In this document: piece after piece, positions 13,461 to 28,321 of the stretch | Layout: each line of letters opens with the position of its first letter | Numbering within the stretch: position 1 is the first letter of the stretch | NCBI GenBank assembly: GCA_012295275.1 | Contig: CM022678.1 | Span: forward strand, 17,050,001 to 17,114,000 | Source of the DNA: Chrysomallon squamiferum | Lineage: Eukaryota > Animalia > Mollusca | Length of the DNA stretch: 64,000 nucleotides | Direction: 5' to 3' | Position numbers and translations under genes: made by a program | Notes under the pieces: model-generated | What the model was told of the DNA's origin: nothing | Database searches by the model: none | What the model saw: the letters and a program-made list of their open reading frames with translations, nothing else

Positions 13461-15205
13461 GTGTGCAAAACCAGTCATTTGGCCTAATGTCTGAAATGTT
13501 TAGGCATTTAGCCTAACGCCCAAGACCGTCAGGCGTTTGGACTAATGTCTAAAATTTCCAGGAATTAGGCCAATCGGCTGAAATAGACCTCTAGGCACTA
13601 GGCAAAATGACTGAATAAAAATGAATGACTTACAATTACATGAAAACATTTGTTCCGAAACACATCTGTTTGTTACAGCTGTTAAAACTTGAGTGACATC
13701 TTGAATTGCAGAAAAGACTCTGCTTAAAACAATTAAAACGTTTTGTTTGACACCTCTTTGTCCCCGCTCATTTGCATTTTACAAATCCTTGTCCACCTGC
13801 GGATGACTCATTTGACACTGCTGCTCTAAGATGCATCGTCATCAGTATTTACAATCACTCGCAGCAGGTTCCAGGGATCACCACGGCCCCTGTTCTCGAC
13901 TTCAATAGTCACTGCCACGTTGTATCCTTCTTGTTTAGTGGTAAACACAACACAACTGCGTTTTATCATCCGCTCAGCTTGCTAAAATTGAGCATCTTGG
14001 GCGAGTTTTCGCTTGGTGCTGATGTACGATGTCGACACAGGAACTGTTTTCGGCAGCAACTGGTCATCCTTGGAGTTGGAAGGCAGCTGCTCAAACTCAG
14101 AATTTGGTAGGAACTGGTCTGGGTTCGATGCGGACGGCAATTGGTCAAGCTCCGATTTGTCGGACAAAGCGGTCGCTAAAATGAAAGAAATTTAGAGATA
14201 AATACATGGTGTTTGGAAAATTGTGGAAGGCAAATTTCATAATATTTTTTCTAGTAATTGTGTGTCATTCTTGACCAGTCAATCTGCTAGAATTTATCCT
14301 GAATGTTACAATATTTGTTAGAAATGTATGAATGACATTCGCCATAAAAAAAAAAAAGACAAACTGGATCTCCTCAAGAGAACATACTGTAATATTTGCG
14401 TTTAATTCAAAAAAAAAAATTGGGACTTACCTAATAGCAGTGCAAGAAGGTCGTTACAGTCTGCCAACGACTTCATGATGTAGTGAAGCTGATGTCAGTC
14501 CAATACACGCCTCCATTCCAAAGACAGCTGAATTCAGTGATTGCTTGATGCCAGCTCTGTAGCTCGAGTTTTTCCTGAACTGAATAAATTGCATGCCTAC
14601 ACTCCAGTTCTTTGCGTCATTCCCAATCATCAAGGCTACTAACAGATCTCTAATGTCTCAGTTTCGTCGCTGTACAGAGTCCTGGCTTCGGGCGTGTCTT
14701 CGTTTCCCATGCAGAGTAACCAAATCGGTCCACAATCCCATCAGTTCCTTGACTACAACAGCTGTAAACGCGGATTCGTTGACACTCTGCCAGGCACGAG
14801 AAGCTCCAAACATCAGGAAGACGTCAGAGAATACAGAAGTTAGTCAAATTATCCTGGTAAACCATGACACGCTTGTACTTTCAACATGGTAAGGACTGCA
14901 TATCCACAAGATCGACTTGACCACGTGGAGAAAACTCCTTAGTCAGAATAGGTTTAACCACCGCAGCTTTCGTTGTTGTCCTCTTGTGTTTCTGTTGACA
15001 GTCCGTGGATAACGCCTTGAACAATTCGATAGCTTGACGTTCACATTCACATATTTTTGGGATAGTTCTTTCAGCATTCGATCACGTCCGCCGTGGTCTT
15101 TTGAGAGGTGTGCCCGCTTGATAACTTCAAAGGTATATTCAATGGAAACGTAGTAGAGAGGAGTTTCTTCATCTGTTTGGCGCTTCTTAGTCTGTTTCTG
15201 CACTG
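13461..15205 (-). mobile_element. Decayed KRBA2/SCAND3-like (Ginger-type) DDE-integrase DNA transposon in intron 1 of B
   Basis: Minus-strand fragments YYVSIEYTFEVIKRAH...HGGRDRMLKEL, RGQVDLVDMQS, HGKRRHARSQDSVQR and Cys-rich tail GQGFVKC...CNSRCH; stops and frameshifts; short sub-terminal repeats at 13472-13613. Confidence 0.75.
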
Positions 15206-15461
15206 ATAAACAAATTATTATATGAAATTATACATTAATGTCTCTTGTATTTTTCTGGTATATTTTTCTTGCATTTAACAACATAGGATCATTACCTTAA
15301 AATATATAGTGATATTCATCTCCAATTTTGTTAGGATTACAAATATGACATGTTCTCTCTTCTCTTAAACCATCGTCCACTTTGAAAAGGATTTTGAACA
15401 TTGAAACAAATTAATATGCTAATCAGAGCAAGCTGTTCCGAAGCACGTTGAAAAGGAAATG

Positions 15462-15556
15462 GAAAAAAATTAACGTGCTAATCAGAGCAAGCTGTTGTGA
15501 AGCACGTCTGCGACGGGCACGCTTTCTGACAGGTCAGCGGGCGCGTCCGTCGCAGA
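15462..15556. repeat. Dispersed GC-richer repeat fragment (inverted copy at ~37634-37730)
   Basis: tgctaatcagagcaagctgttgtgaagcacgtctgcgacgggcacgctttctgacaggtcagcggg nearly matches the reverse complement at 37634-37730. Confidence 0.65.
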
Positions 15557-16756
15557 TTTTATACCAGCTAACAACATGTTGATGTAACAATAGCACTACC
15601 ATTAATACCTACCATCTAATTGGTCTACGATGTTAGAATAACACAACAATAAGGCAAAATAGAGTGTAAACAATATGTCTTTAAATTATGTTTCAATATT
15701 ATCAGTGTTTGATACATATGTAACTAGTATGTTTTTTAATGGTGGTGAGATAAAGTTCTCAAAAAGTGGATGTTATTGAGAGCATTCACTTAGATTTTTC
15801 TTTTAATATTTTAAAAGTTTAAGGTTCAACCACAACTATTTTGAATTGGGCAGATTTCCGTCAGTTTATGATTAAATATTGCATGAAATTAATTAGGACA
15901 ACAAATTCTAGTTGATATTATTGAAAAATAATTGGGTGATTTTTATTAGGAAAACTTTTCATGAATTAGACAGAGATGTTGATTTCAGTCTGAAGCGCCC
16001 TATATAGCCGCCACGTCGTTATGGATTACCTATTTTTTAAGCTGATCGGAATTATTTACAAGCTTTATTCGTACAAACAGACTCAAACAAACAAGTGTTC
16101 AGCCTCTTGTCATTATTTGTGTATCCAATATAAATGTTTTTGTTTAACGAAAGCGGTAGAAAACCTGTATGAAAACCTTTCATAAATTTTCTTCAATATT
16201 TACGAGCAAAGGACTCTTTTTTTAAATACATCATCAGAAAGAGCAATATTATATATAGTAAAAACTCAGTGATTTCGTTGTTTTCCTCGCAGTTTTCAAA
16301 ACAGAAATTTAAACCGCGGTCTTTGCTTACTGACTGACGGACGGACGGACAACGACGACGAAGACAAACGACGGCATCAGTTCTATAAAATCTCAAGTAA
16401 TCTAGCAGGATCTACCTCAGGTAAAAATGAGTATAAAACACAGTCTAATCCTCTGAAGACCTCATGTAATTTGTGATGTCTTAAGCTGTTGCATATTCGT
16501 TAACACGTTCTTACGTCATACCTGAAACTGTAAAGTTTTTACTCATTTTAATCAGTATTATTTGAGTTTAATCCCTTAATTCTGAAATTATTATGTGTTT
16601 TGTGGGCGTTCCAACGTTTCACTGTTTGAAACTGGGTGAAAATTGGCTGCCCTGAAACAACGATAACTAAAAATCTAATAAAATACACGAATAAACAAAC
16701 AAAAAATTAAACAACATTATTTAGGAAATAAACAAACAAACAAACAAACAAACAAA

Positions 16757-16787
<31 letters not shown>

Positions 16788-17180
16788 ATTCAATTTATCA
16801 GAAAATAACTTTATAACTAGTTGTATCCGTGTATGTATGTATGTATTTTGTATGTAAATATTTTCAATAAGTGTGGCTGAATGTATGTTATAAATTTACG
16901 TTACAATGTACGAATATATGTGTGATTGAATTTATTTTTTAATGTTTCTATGTATGAGTGTATGTATGTATGCGCGCGTGTGTGTGTATATATATATATA
17001 CATACATACACACACTCACACACACATACATAACTGTGTATATAGATAAATGTACGTTTGTTTATATTCAATGCAAGTTTTTACAGTTTCTTTGTATGAT
17101 TTGTGTATTTGTATGGGTCTATATGTATGTATGTCTCTTTGCTAAGTATAATGTTTTTTTTTCAACTTCTTCAGGTTCAG

Positions 17181-17285
17181 TTAACAGTTTCATATGTAAA
17201 GACAACATAGACGTATGTTCTACCTTTAAATACTGCCCGCCGGAAATGGAAATGCGCTGTATGAAGACTTGTGAAGTTTGTACAG
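17181..17285 (+). CDS. B: ShK toxin-like domain exon
   Basis: CKDNIDVCSTFKYCPPEMEMRCMKTCEVC fits the ShKT pattern C-x-D...C...C...CxKTCxxC; phase 1-1. Confidence 0.85.
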
Positions 17286-18155
17286 GTAACGTTGTCACGG
17301 TTTTAGCATAGCAGAGTCAACTGGAGCAGCATAGATAAAAAAGATAGTTCATATGTTAATAACGATACATACACTATACAGTTGATATGTCCAGTCAGGA
17401 TACACACACACAGTATAGTTGATAAGTTAAGTAAAGATATAGATATACACAGGGTAATTGGTGCATTATGTAAGCACAGATATACAAAATATTTGGAATG
17501 TTAAACGATGATAGCTAACTAGGATAGATGAATCATATACATGTCTGATAGGATAGATACCAGATAGGAACGGATATATTAGTAAGGATGTGCATTCAGA
17601 AAACAAACATACTACATAAGTTATTCAGAATTCCATGACAGTAGACATATTTTAGGTAGGATAGATACCCATGATATATAATAGCATACAAAGGAAAGCT
17701 ATGTATTAGGCAGGATAGCTTGTATAAGTAGGATATGTGTACAGGTTACAGCTATGTTAAGATACGATTGATGGATACACGTAATACTTGGCATATACAA
17801 GATATAATTGATTGTATAGATATATAGGATGTAACGGCTGGCAGTTTAATTTTGTGAGTGTACACATACACATACGAACATGCACATACCAAATACAAAA
17901 CAGTCACAAAAACATTGCCATTTTTTATTTGTGTTAATAAATATAATGATTTCTCTTTTTGTACACATGCATACTCAGACACACTATTTCTATTTTAATT
18001 TCAGTAAGTCAATATAGTTAATTACGTTCGCGCGTACACACCAAACCTTGCATCAGCTGTCTCATTTTTTCTTTTAAATACTACAAGTGTGGTAGCAGTG
18101 CACTCACAACATCCTATAATTCTGAGTAAATTAATGCCAGTAATTTTATTTTTAG

Positions 18156-19254
18156 ATGAGGGGTGTTCTGAAGGTTATTACCATGGAGATGGCGATACGT
18201 GTAAACCCTGTTCTGTGAAAGACACAAAAAATTCACAGAGTTACAAAGAAAGATGTAATACATTTTGTCCCAGTAACAAAACGCGTGGTAAAAACTGTGA
18301 TATGATGTGTAGTGACAGTTGCTTGGATAAAATATGTTACAGATGGACGGGTTATTGTGTACGTTGTCCTTCTGGATTATCTGGACCACGTTGTAAGCAG
18401 CACTGTAATAACACCGACGACAAAGGTTTCTGCATCGGTGACTGTTTTCCTGGTTTTTTTGGTTCACAATGCAAAGAAAAGTGTCCAGACGGATGTAAAG
18501 ACAAAGTCTGCAACAGAAAGACGGGAAACTGTATACAATGCCTCCATGGATTTTGGGGTAGACTTTGTAAGCTTCGTTGTTCAAATAACTGTCTAAACAG
18601 TTCCTGTAATAAAAGCGGTAAATGCTCTACAGGTTGCAAACTTGGGTTTTTTCGGAATGAAATGCTCAAAGAAATGCAGCGGGAGCTGTCAACATCAGGT
18701 ATGTAACAGAGAAAACGGATCATGTTGTACGGATCGTCGTGTTTCTGGTGACTATTACGGAGTCCGTAACAAAGACTGTTCTGATAATTGTCTGAATTCT
18801 ACATGTGATCGTACAACCGGGAAATGTAAGAAAGGATGGTTGGTGTCAAAGGAACTGATATTTATGGCGCATTTTGCAACTATTCTTGTGGCTCGGAATG
18901 CCGTGTTCGATGTGATAATATCTCAGGAATACGTTGAATGCAGGGCGGTTTACCATGGAAGAAAGGGAGAACATTGCACCGATTTCTGTCCTAGGAATTG
19001 TAAAGAATCATGTGATCAGCTTTCAGGACGATGTTTTCATGGATGTTTTTCTGGTTACCATGGTATCTACTGCAACAAATCATGCCCCGCTAACTGTCTG
19101 GGAAGTGCATGTCATCAAAACAACAGAACGTGTGTAGACGGATGTGTAACGTCGTTCTATGGACCGACCTGCTCAAATAGATGCAGTGACAACTGCGCTG
19201 TATGTGATGCTAATGGGATCTGTAGTTTGTCTACAAATGATAATCACGACGAAT
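18156..19254 (+). pseudogene. B: multiple EGF-like repeat exon with three frameshifting indels
   Basis: DEGCSEGYYHGDGDTC...; +1 near 18648, +8 near 18840, +1 near 18926 relative to copy C. Confidence 0.8.
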
Positions 19255-19306
19255 GTAAGTATTCAGCAGTATACATCCGTACAGTCGCGCGCGTTCGCAC
19301 AGACTT

Positions 19307-19348
<42 letters not shown>

Positions 19349-19805
19349 GGATACATACATATGCACATGCATTATACACACATATATACACAAGCAAAAA
19401 AAATGTAAATAAATATAATAAAACAAATAAAAGATAAAATTTTTTCTGATATCAAGTTTCTTCTCATTTTGTCTTCGTTATTGATTCGTTAGTTATTGCG
19501 TTTTCTTTTTCTGATTAGTTAACTATTGTGATAACAGTGTTGTGAATGGTTATCTATTGTGTAACTATACTGGTATTGGTTAATTATTTTGATAACAACT
19601 TTCTAATGGCTTCACTATTGCGTATTGGCATTCCGATAGTTAACTATGGCGAAACCAACTTTCTGATTGGTAAACTATTATGATATGTATTGACTGATTA
19701 ACTATTGTGTTAGCTATTACCTGACTGGTGTGACAGCTATTTTCTGATAGGTTCGCTATATACGTGTCAGTCTAATACTGTTTTTTTTTTTTTTTTTTTT
19801 TTCAG

Positions 19806-19905
19806 TGGATGTCTCCTTTGATGTCGTTTGGTTGACAGCTGTGTATGGAATGATAGCTTTATCGACTTTGTTGTCAATTTCTCTAGTGGTGTGTTTTATC
19901 CTGAG
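19806..19905 (+). CDS. B: transmembrane exon
   Basis: WLTAVYGMIALSTLLSISLVVCFILR. Confidence 0.85.
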
Positions 19906-20122
19906 GTATTATTTTATTTGCTTATATTTTTATGTATTTATTTCTAAATTATTATTATTAATAGTAGTAGTAGTTGTAGTAGTAGTAGTAGTAGTAGTAG
20001 TAGTATGTCTATATTTTAAGAACAGTAATAATAGTAGCAACAGTGTGGTAGTGAATATATTTTAAAAACTAAGTAATAAACAACAATACTACTACTACTG
20101 AATATTATTAAACTACTACTAC

Positions 20123-20215
<93 letters not shown>

Positions 20216-20530
20216 TAACAACAAAAAATAATGATGGTATTGGCTATGATGATAATTACAGTAGTAATAAAGATGATGATGACATTGTTGAAAATAAAAT
20301 TAATGATTTTGATTACGATAATAACAATAATAATAATAATAATAATAATAACTATAATAAAGATAATAAAAATAATAATAATAATAATGACAACCACAAC
20401 AACAACAAATATTTAAGAAGAAGGAAAAAAAAAAAAAGAAGATAATAATAAAAATTCCTTTAGTGCAGTGATGACAGTAATAGCAATAACAGTTGTGATT
20501 ATAAATTAATCTTTCAATTTCCGTATCTAG

Positions 20531-20637
20531 AAAAAGGAAGAAAAGATCTAAAAACAAACAGCGACGTGCACGACGACGTATGGAAAGCCTAATTCGAGCA
20601 CGTATTAACCAGATAGAACACGTGGAAATGCAACCAG
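20531..20637 (+). CDS. B: basic stop-transfer/juxtamembrane exon
   Basis: RKRKKRSKNKQRRARRRMESLIRARINQIEHVEMQP. Confidence 0.8.
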
Positions 20638-20824
20638 GTTTTGTAATTTAATTAATTACGATATCATATTGGTGATAGGAACAATACCAATAACAACACT
20701 ACTACTACACTGGTACAAGAACAAAAAAAAAAAAAAATAGCACACACCAAAACAAAACAACAACAACCATCACCACCACCACCACCAACATCAAACAACA
20801 ATAAGAGACAGCAACAACGTCAGC

Positions 20825-20895
<71 letters not shown>

Positions 20896-20927
20896 GAAGA
20901 AGAAGAAGAATAGTAATAGTAGTAGTA

Positions 20928-20992
<65 letters not shown>

Positions 20993-21179
20993 ATTTTTAT
21001 GGTGATGATGATATTAAGTATTTTGAAAGAATGAGAAGAATTTTAGTATTTTACGCTAATGTTGTGACGTATAGGTTAGTAGTTACAAAACACTTAATAT
21101 TAACAGTTAATGTTAAACTGTGACGAGACGTCGTGAAAGAAATATTGATTGATTGCTTGAATGATTTTGTTAACTTCAG

Positions 21180-21595
21180 CAACCAGGCACAGCAGTTCCG
21201 ACACGTCATTAGATGCTACGGATGGAGTCCGTTGCCATAGCAATCCATCTCATCCCTCAGCTGCTGATGGCATAGTGATCACCTATGATGAAAATGATGA
21301 TGATAATGATAGTCATCATTATGAGTACATAGATGATTGCATGATATCAAGTTTTAATAGTAGCACAGGAATGTCTTCAAACGTTCCTCAGAACGAGGCT
21401 GAAGAATGCGAAATCGAAAACGATACTTCGTATGAAATACCCTATTATAAACGTCTAACATCTAAAGATGCAAACAACGCGGACGACGTCGTGCCGCTTC
21501 TAGAGTGCGAGCAAGATGAAAGTGTTGATATTAAACATTTTCACACATATGTGTACAATATGAGTCTTATGAAGGGTTTCCATCTTGAATTTCAG
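21180..21595 (+). CDS. B: acidic Tyr-containing cytoplasmic exon leading into the PTP domain
   Basis: ...YDENDDDNDSHHYEYIDD...SYEIPYY...GFHLEFQ. Confidence 0.8.
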
Positions 21596-21644
21596 GTAAT
21601 GACTTATATTTTTGTTTTATTTTTTTTTTTTTTTATTTGAATAT

Positions 21645-21659
21645 TTGTTGTTGTTGTTG

Positions 21660-21715
<56 letters not shown>

Positions 21716-21800
21716 TTATTATTATTTATTATTATTATTATTTATTATTATTATTATTTTATTATTATTATTATGATTATATTATTATTATTATTTTTAG

Positions 21801-21896
<96 letters not shown>

Positions 21897-21920
21897 TATT
21901 ATTATTATTATTATTATTTT
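21645..21920. repeat. (TTG)n/(TTA)n compound microsatellite
   Basis: Direct reading. Confidence 0.9.
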
Positions 21921-22195
21921 TATTTTTGTTGTTATTTATTGACTGATTAATTATTAATCGTTATCTTTATTATAATTATTTGCCAACATTTTTTCCTTAA
22001 AACCAATGAATTTTTTTCTGACTAATTAATTGATATATTTATTTACTTATTGTCGTTTTAAATTGTATATTATGCATAATTTATCAATGGACGTATCGAA
22101 TTGAATTTTTATATATTCATGTATAATCACAGACACACAAATCTCAGCAGTACATACATTACAAATAAAAAAATTAATTACGGTTCCTGTTTCAG

Positions 22196-25444
<3,249 letters not shown>

Positions 25445-26009
25445 CAGAAACAGACAGCAAACAGGAAAGAGAAAATTAAGAATAAATAAATTAAAATGAA
25501 TTTGCAGTCTCAATATTTTTTTTTTCTTTTTATGAAGAAGAAGATTCCCCTAATGCAGATGGCAGGAATTATAAAAGAGAAAGTATCTTCACTGGAAAGA
25601 AACAGAAAGTACTAGAATTATATTACTATTATTGGAATACAGAATGAAAAGAAATAATTTGTTCATTAATTTCTGAATTCAGGGATATTTGAAACTTTCT
25701 TGATGAGGAAGGAAAAAGAAAAAACATTATTTACTGAGAGAACTTTTAAAACATTCTACTGATACATATTGATTTAATATTGATTTGGAATATATCAAGT
25801 TGTATAAAATATTCAAGACATACTTATTATGTTTCTACTCAGGAACAAAAAAGAAGAAAAAATTATTGTTCTGCTTGAAATAGTTGAGAACGGAGGAGCG
25901 ATTGCAAAAAGCTGAATATCTGGCGTGTCTAATAATATCTAGAACAAGCCTCTGTTTTTTGTTCTATATAAATATAATCAAGATTTTGACACCACTATAT
26001 TCGAGTTAG

Positions 26010-26590
26010 AAATATATTTCCGTTAGTTTTATCACAATGTACAGTTGATCCGACTTTTTGGGTTTCGTCACAATGAAGAGACGTTTTGTTTTTGTATTTA
26101 TCATAATGTAGAGTTATTTTATCATTGTTGTTTGTTTCATCGGAATATAGAGTTGTTTCATCGTTTTTGTTTGTTTGATGACAATGCAGAGTTGTTTCAT
26201 TATGATAATGTAGTTGATTATTGTTTTTTTTCAAAATTGTATCATTATTTTTCTTAGTTTCATCACAGTGTAATGTTGTTTTATTTAGAACTGTTTCATT
26301 ATTTCTGTTAGTTAATGACAATATTGAGTTGTTTCATTATTTATGATAGTTTCATGATAATGTAGTGTTGTTGCGTTCTTCCTTGTTTCATGACAATGCA
26401 GAGTTGTTTCGTTATTTTTGTTAGATTTATCACAATGAACAGATGTTTCATTATTGTTGCTTGCTTGATCAAATTTTAGAATTACCTCTTTGTTTTTCTT
26501 AGTTTCATCAGAATGCAAAGTTGTTTTATTATTTTTGTTTATTTCATCACGATGTAGAGTTGTTCCACTTTTGTTTGTAAATATGTTCCA
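26010..26590. repeat. Degenerate ~39-bp minisatellite 3' of gene B (remnant also at ~3200-3360, opposite orientation)
   Basis: Repeated tcacaatgtagagttgtttcattatttttgtt-like units; minus-strand translation shows NNETTLHCDET periodicity. Confidence 0.7.
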
Positions 26591-27094
26591 TTGACAATAC
26601 AAGACATTTAAATGTTGCAAAGATCAAAAGTGAATTTATATTTATACTAAGGTCATATTGAAATTGACAAAATAAAATATTTACATTTTCTTTTTCCAAT
26701 GAATAATATTTGTAAGTATATGTAATATTGAGTATATTGTTTTAAGACATTTCAGTAACTTTTTTTCTTTTTCTGTCTTAGACTAATCATACTAATAACA
26801 GTTTGAGTAGTATAGTAAGGATACTAAAAAACAATAAGAATAACATTTACTACATTTGTTCTAATAAAAGATTTAAAATCAAATAAGTCTTCTTATCATA
26901 TTCTTCCTTTTCCATAGACAGTTGTCTGTCATATAGAGGTGTTTCCAATTGTGAGTTTATCTCTATATCGTTATCTCACTCTGTCTCTCTTCCTCTCTCT
27001 GTCTTTCTTTGTGTCTGTATGTGTACGTTCGTATATATATATATATGTGTGCTTATATGTGTATATATGTGTATATGTGTCTGGGTATGGGTCT

Positions 27095-27523
27095 GACCAT
27101 GGATCGTAAGAAAGTCAGTGCAAAGGACAGTGCTGAGAAGAAATCATAGAGAAATATGAGCGATATGGGCATGTAGTCGATTTAGCTAGGCACTACCACC
27201 ATAGTACCATACTGAAAGAGAAGGAGTCGATAAAGGCTGCAAGTCCAGCCAAAGGAGTCAAAATAATTTGACTGATATCGAAGATAAATTTACTTTACAA
27301 AACTAATTTATTTCTTTACATATTCGTTTATTTTTTTTTTATGCAATACTTGTTATTTATAAATACATGAATTAAAAATAGTTACAAAAACAAAATGGGA
27401 TGGTTTTTAGGGGTTTGGAACGGATTAATGGTATTTCAATTAATTTCAGTGAGAATACACGCAAATTGAGTTACGAGCTCGATCACGGAATGAATTAAAC
27501 TCGTAAGTCAACATACAACTGTA
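27095..27523 (+). mobile_element. Internally deleted Tigger/pogo-like DNA transposon remnant
   Basis: MDRKKVSAKDSAEK then EIIEKYER..VVDLARHY..STILKEKESIKAASPAKGVKII (CENP-B-type HTH of Tigger transposases); 3' end ...attaaactcgtaagtcaacatacaactg|ta. Confidence 0.75.
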
Positions 27524-27860
27524 TTTCCAGTGGCTAGGACACCTATTCTAAATATAGACAAGCGAGCGTTTAAAATACGGGTAACATGTCTAGTTTTAGA
27601 ACTTAGCTATTCCCGTGACCTACCAGGAAACTGAAACAGCAGATATGTCCGAAGCGGCTATGAACGACACGACATTCTAGAATTTTAGTGGGAAAATATC
27701 AGTATTTTTTGTTTTATCTTCTTTTTTCTTCTTATTAACATGTTAAGACAGTGTGTTACGTATAGAAGAATAGATACTGGAAACTCGAATAACTTTTTCG
27801 CTCACGAATTTACAGGAACATTGATATAAACGATTCGTAATGACAAAAGTTGAATTAAAA

Positions 27861-27903
27861 ATGTCCCCGGTAATAATTCTACTGTTAGTTCTATCGCAGA
27901 CAG
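27861..27903 (+). CDS. Exon 1 copy (MSPVIILLLVLSQT), upstream alternative for gene C
   Basis: Intact ATG and CAG|GTAAGT. Confidence 0.65.
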
Positions 27904-28290
27904 GTAAGTGTGTTTGAATTCTTTAGAATTGTGCTTCAGTCTGTGCACGTGTGTTGTGTTTGTATGTGAGGTGTGTGACTGTGTGTGAGCGTACGTGTAT
28001 GCCCTTGTGTGTGTGTGTGGCTCGTGCTTGTGTTTGTGTGTGTGTGCGCGTGCATGTGTGTCTGTGGACTGCTTGTGTTTCTTTCTGAACTATGTAAGAA
28101 ACATTCAAAAAAAAAAAAAAAATTGTATTATTTTGAAAATAACCAGACACTCTAATGAGAAAACTTGGACAAGAAATTTTTGCATTGAGATAATCAAATC
28201 GTAAACTTGGTAGTTAAGTAAAAATCTACATTCCACACCATTTATATATATATATATATATATATACATATATTAAGGCGCCTAGTGTAC

Positions 28291-28321
<31 letters not shown>

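Noticed and set aside
16300-16390. (GACT/GACG)n-containing stretch (related ones at ~34470 and ~61320) as a MITE/Helentron-type element
   Set aside because: Termini cannot be defined from sequence alone
17310-17760. Degenerate ggatagatacac... repeats after each ShK exon, and atagctatcacaat... repeats at ~4700-4900 and ~19490-19760, as CRISPR-like arrays
   Set aside because: Eukaryotic intronic decayed minisatellites; no identical repeats with unique spacers and no cas genes
25530-25720. Conserved block after the last exon (also ~43615-43790 and ~52210-52340) as a possible extra exon or second PTP domain
   Set aside because: No PTP motifs and stops in different positions between copies; best read as 3'UTR
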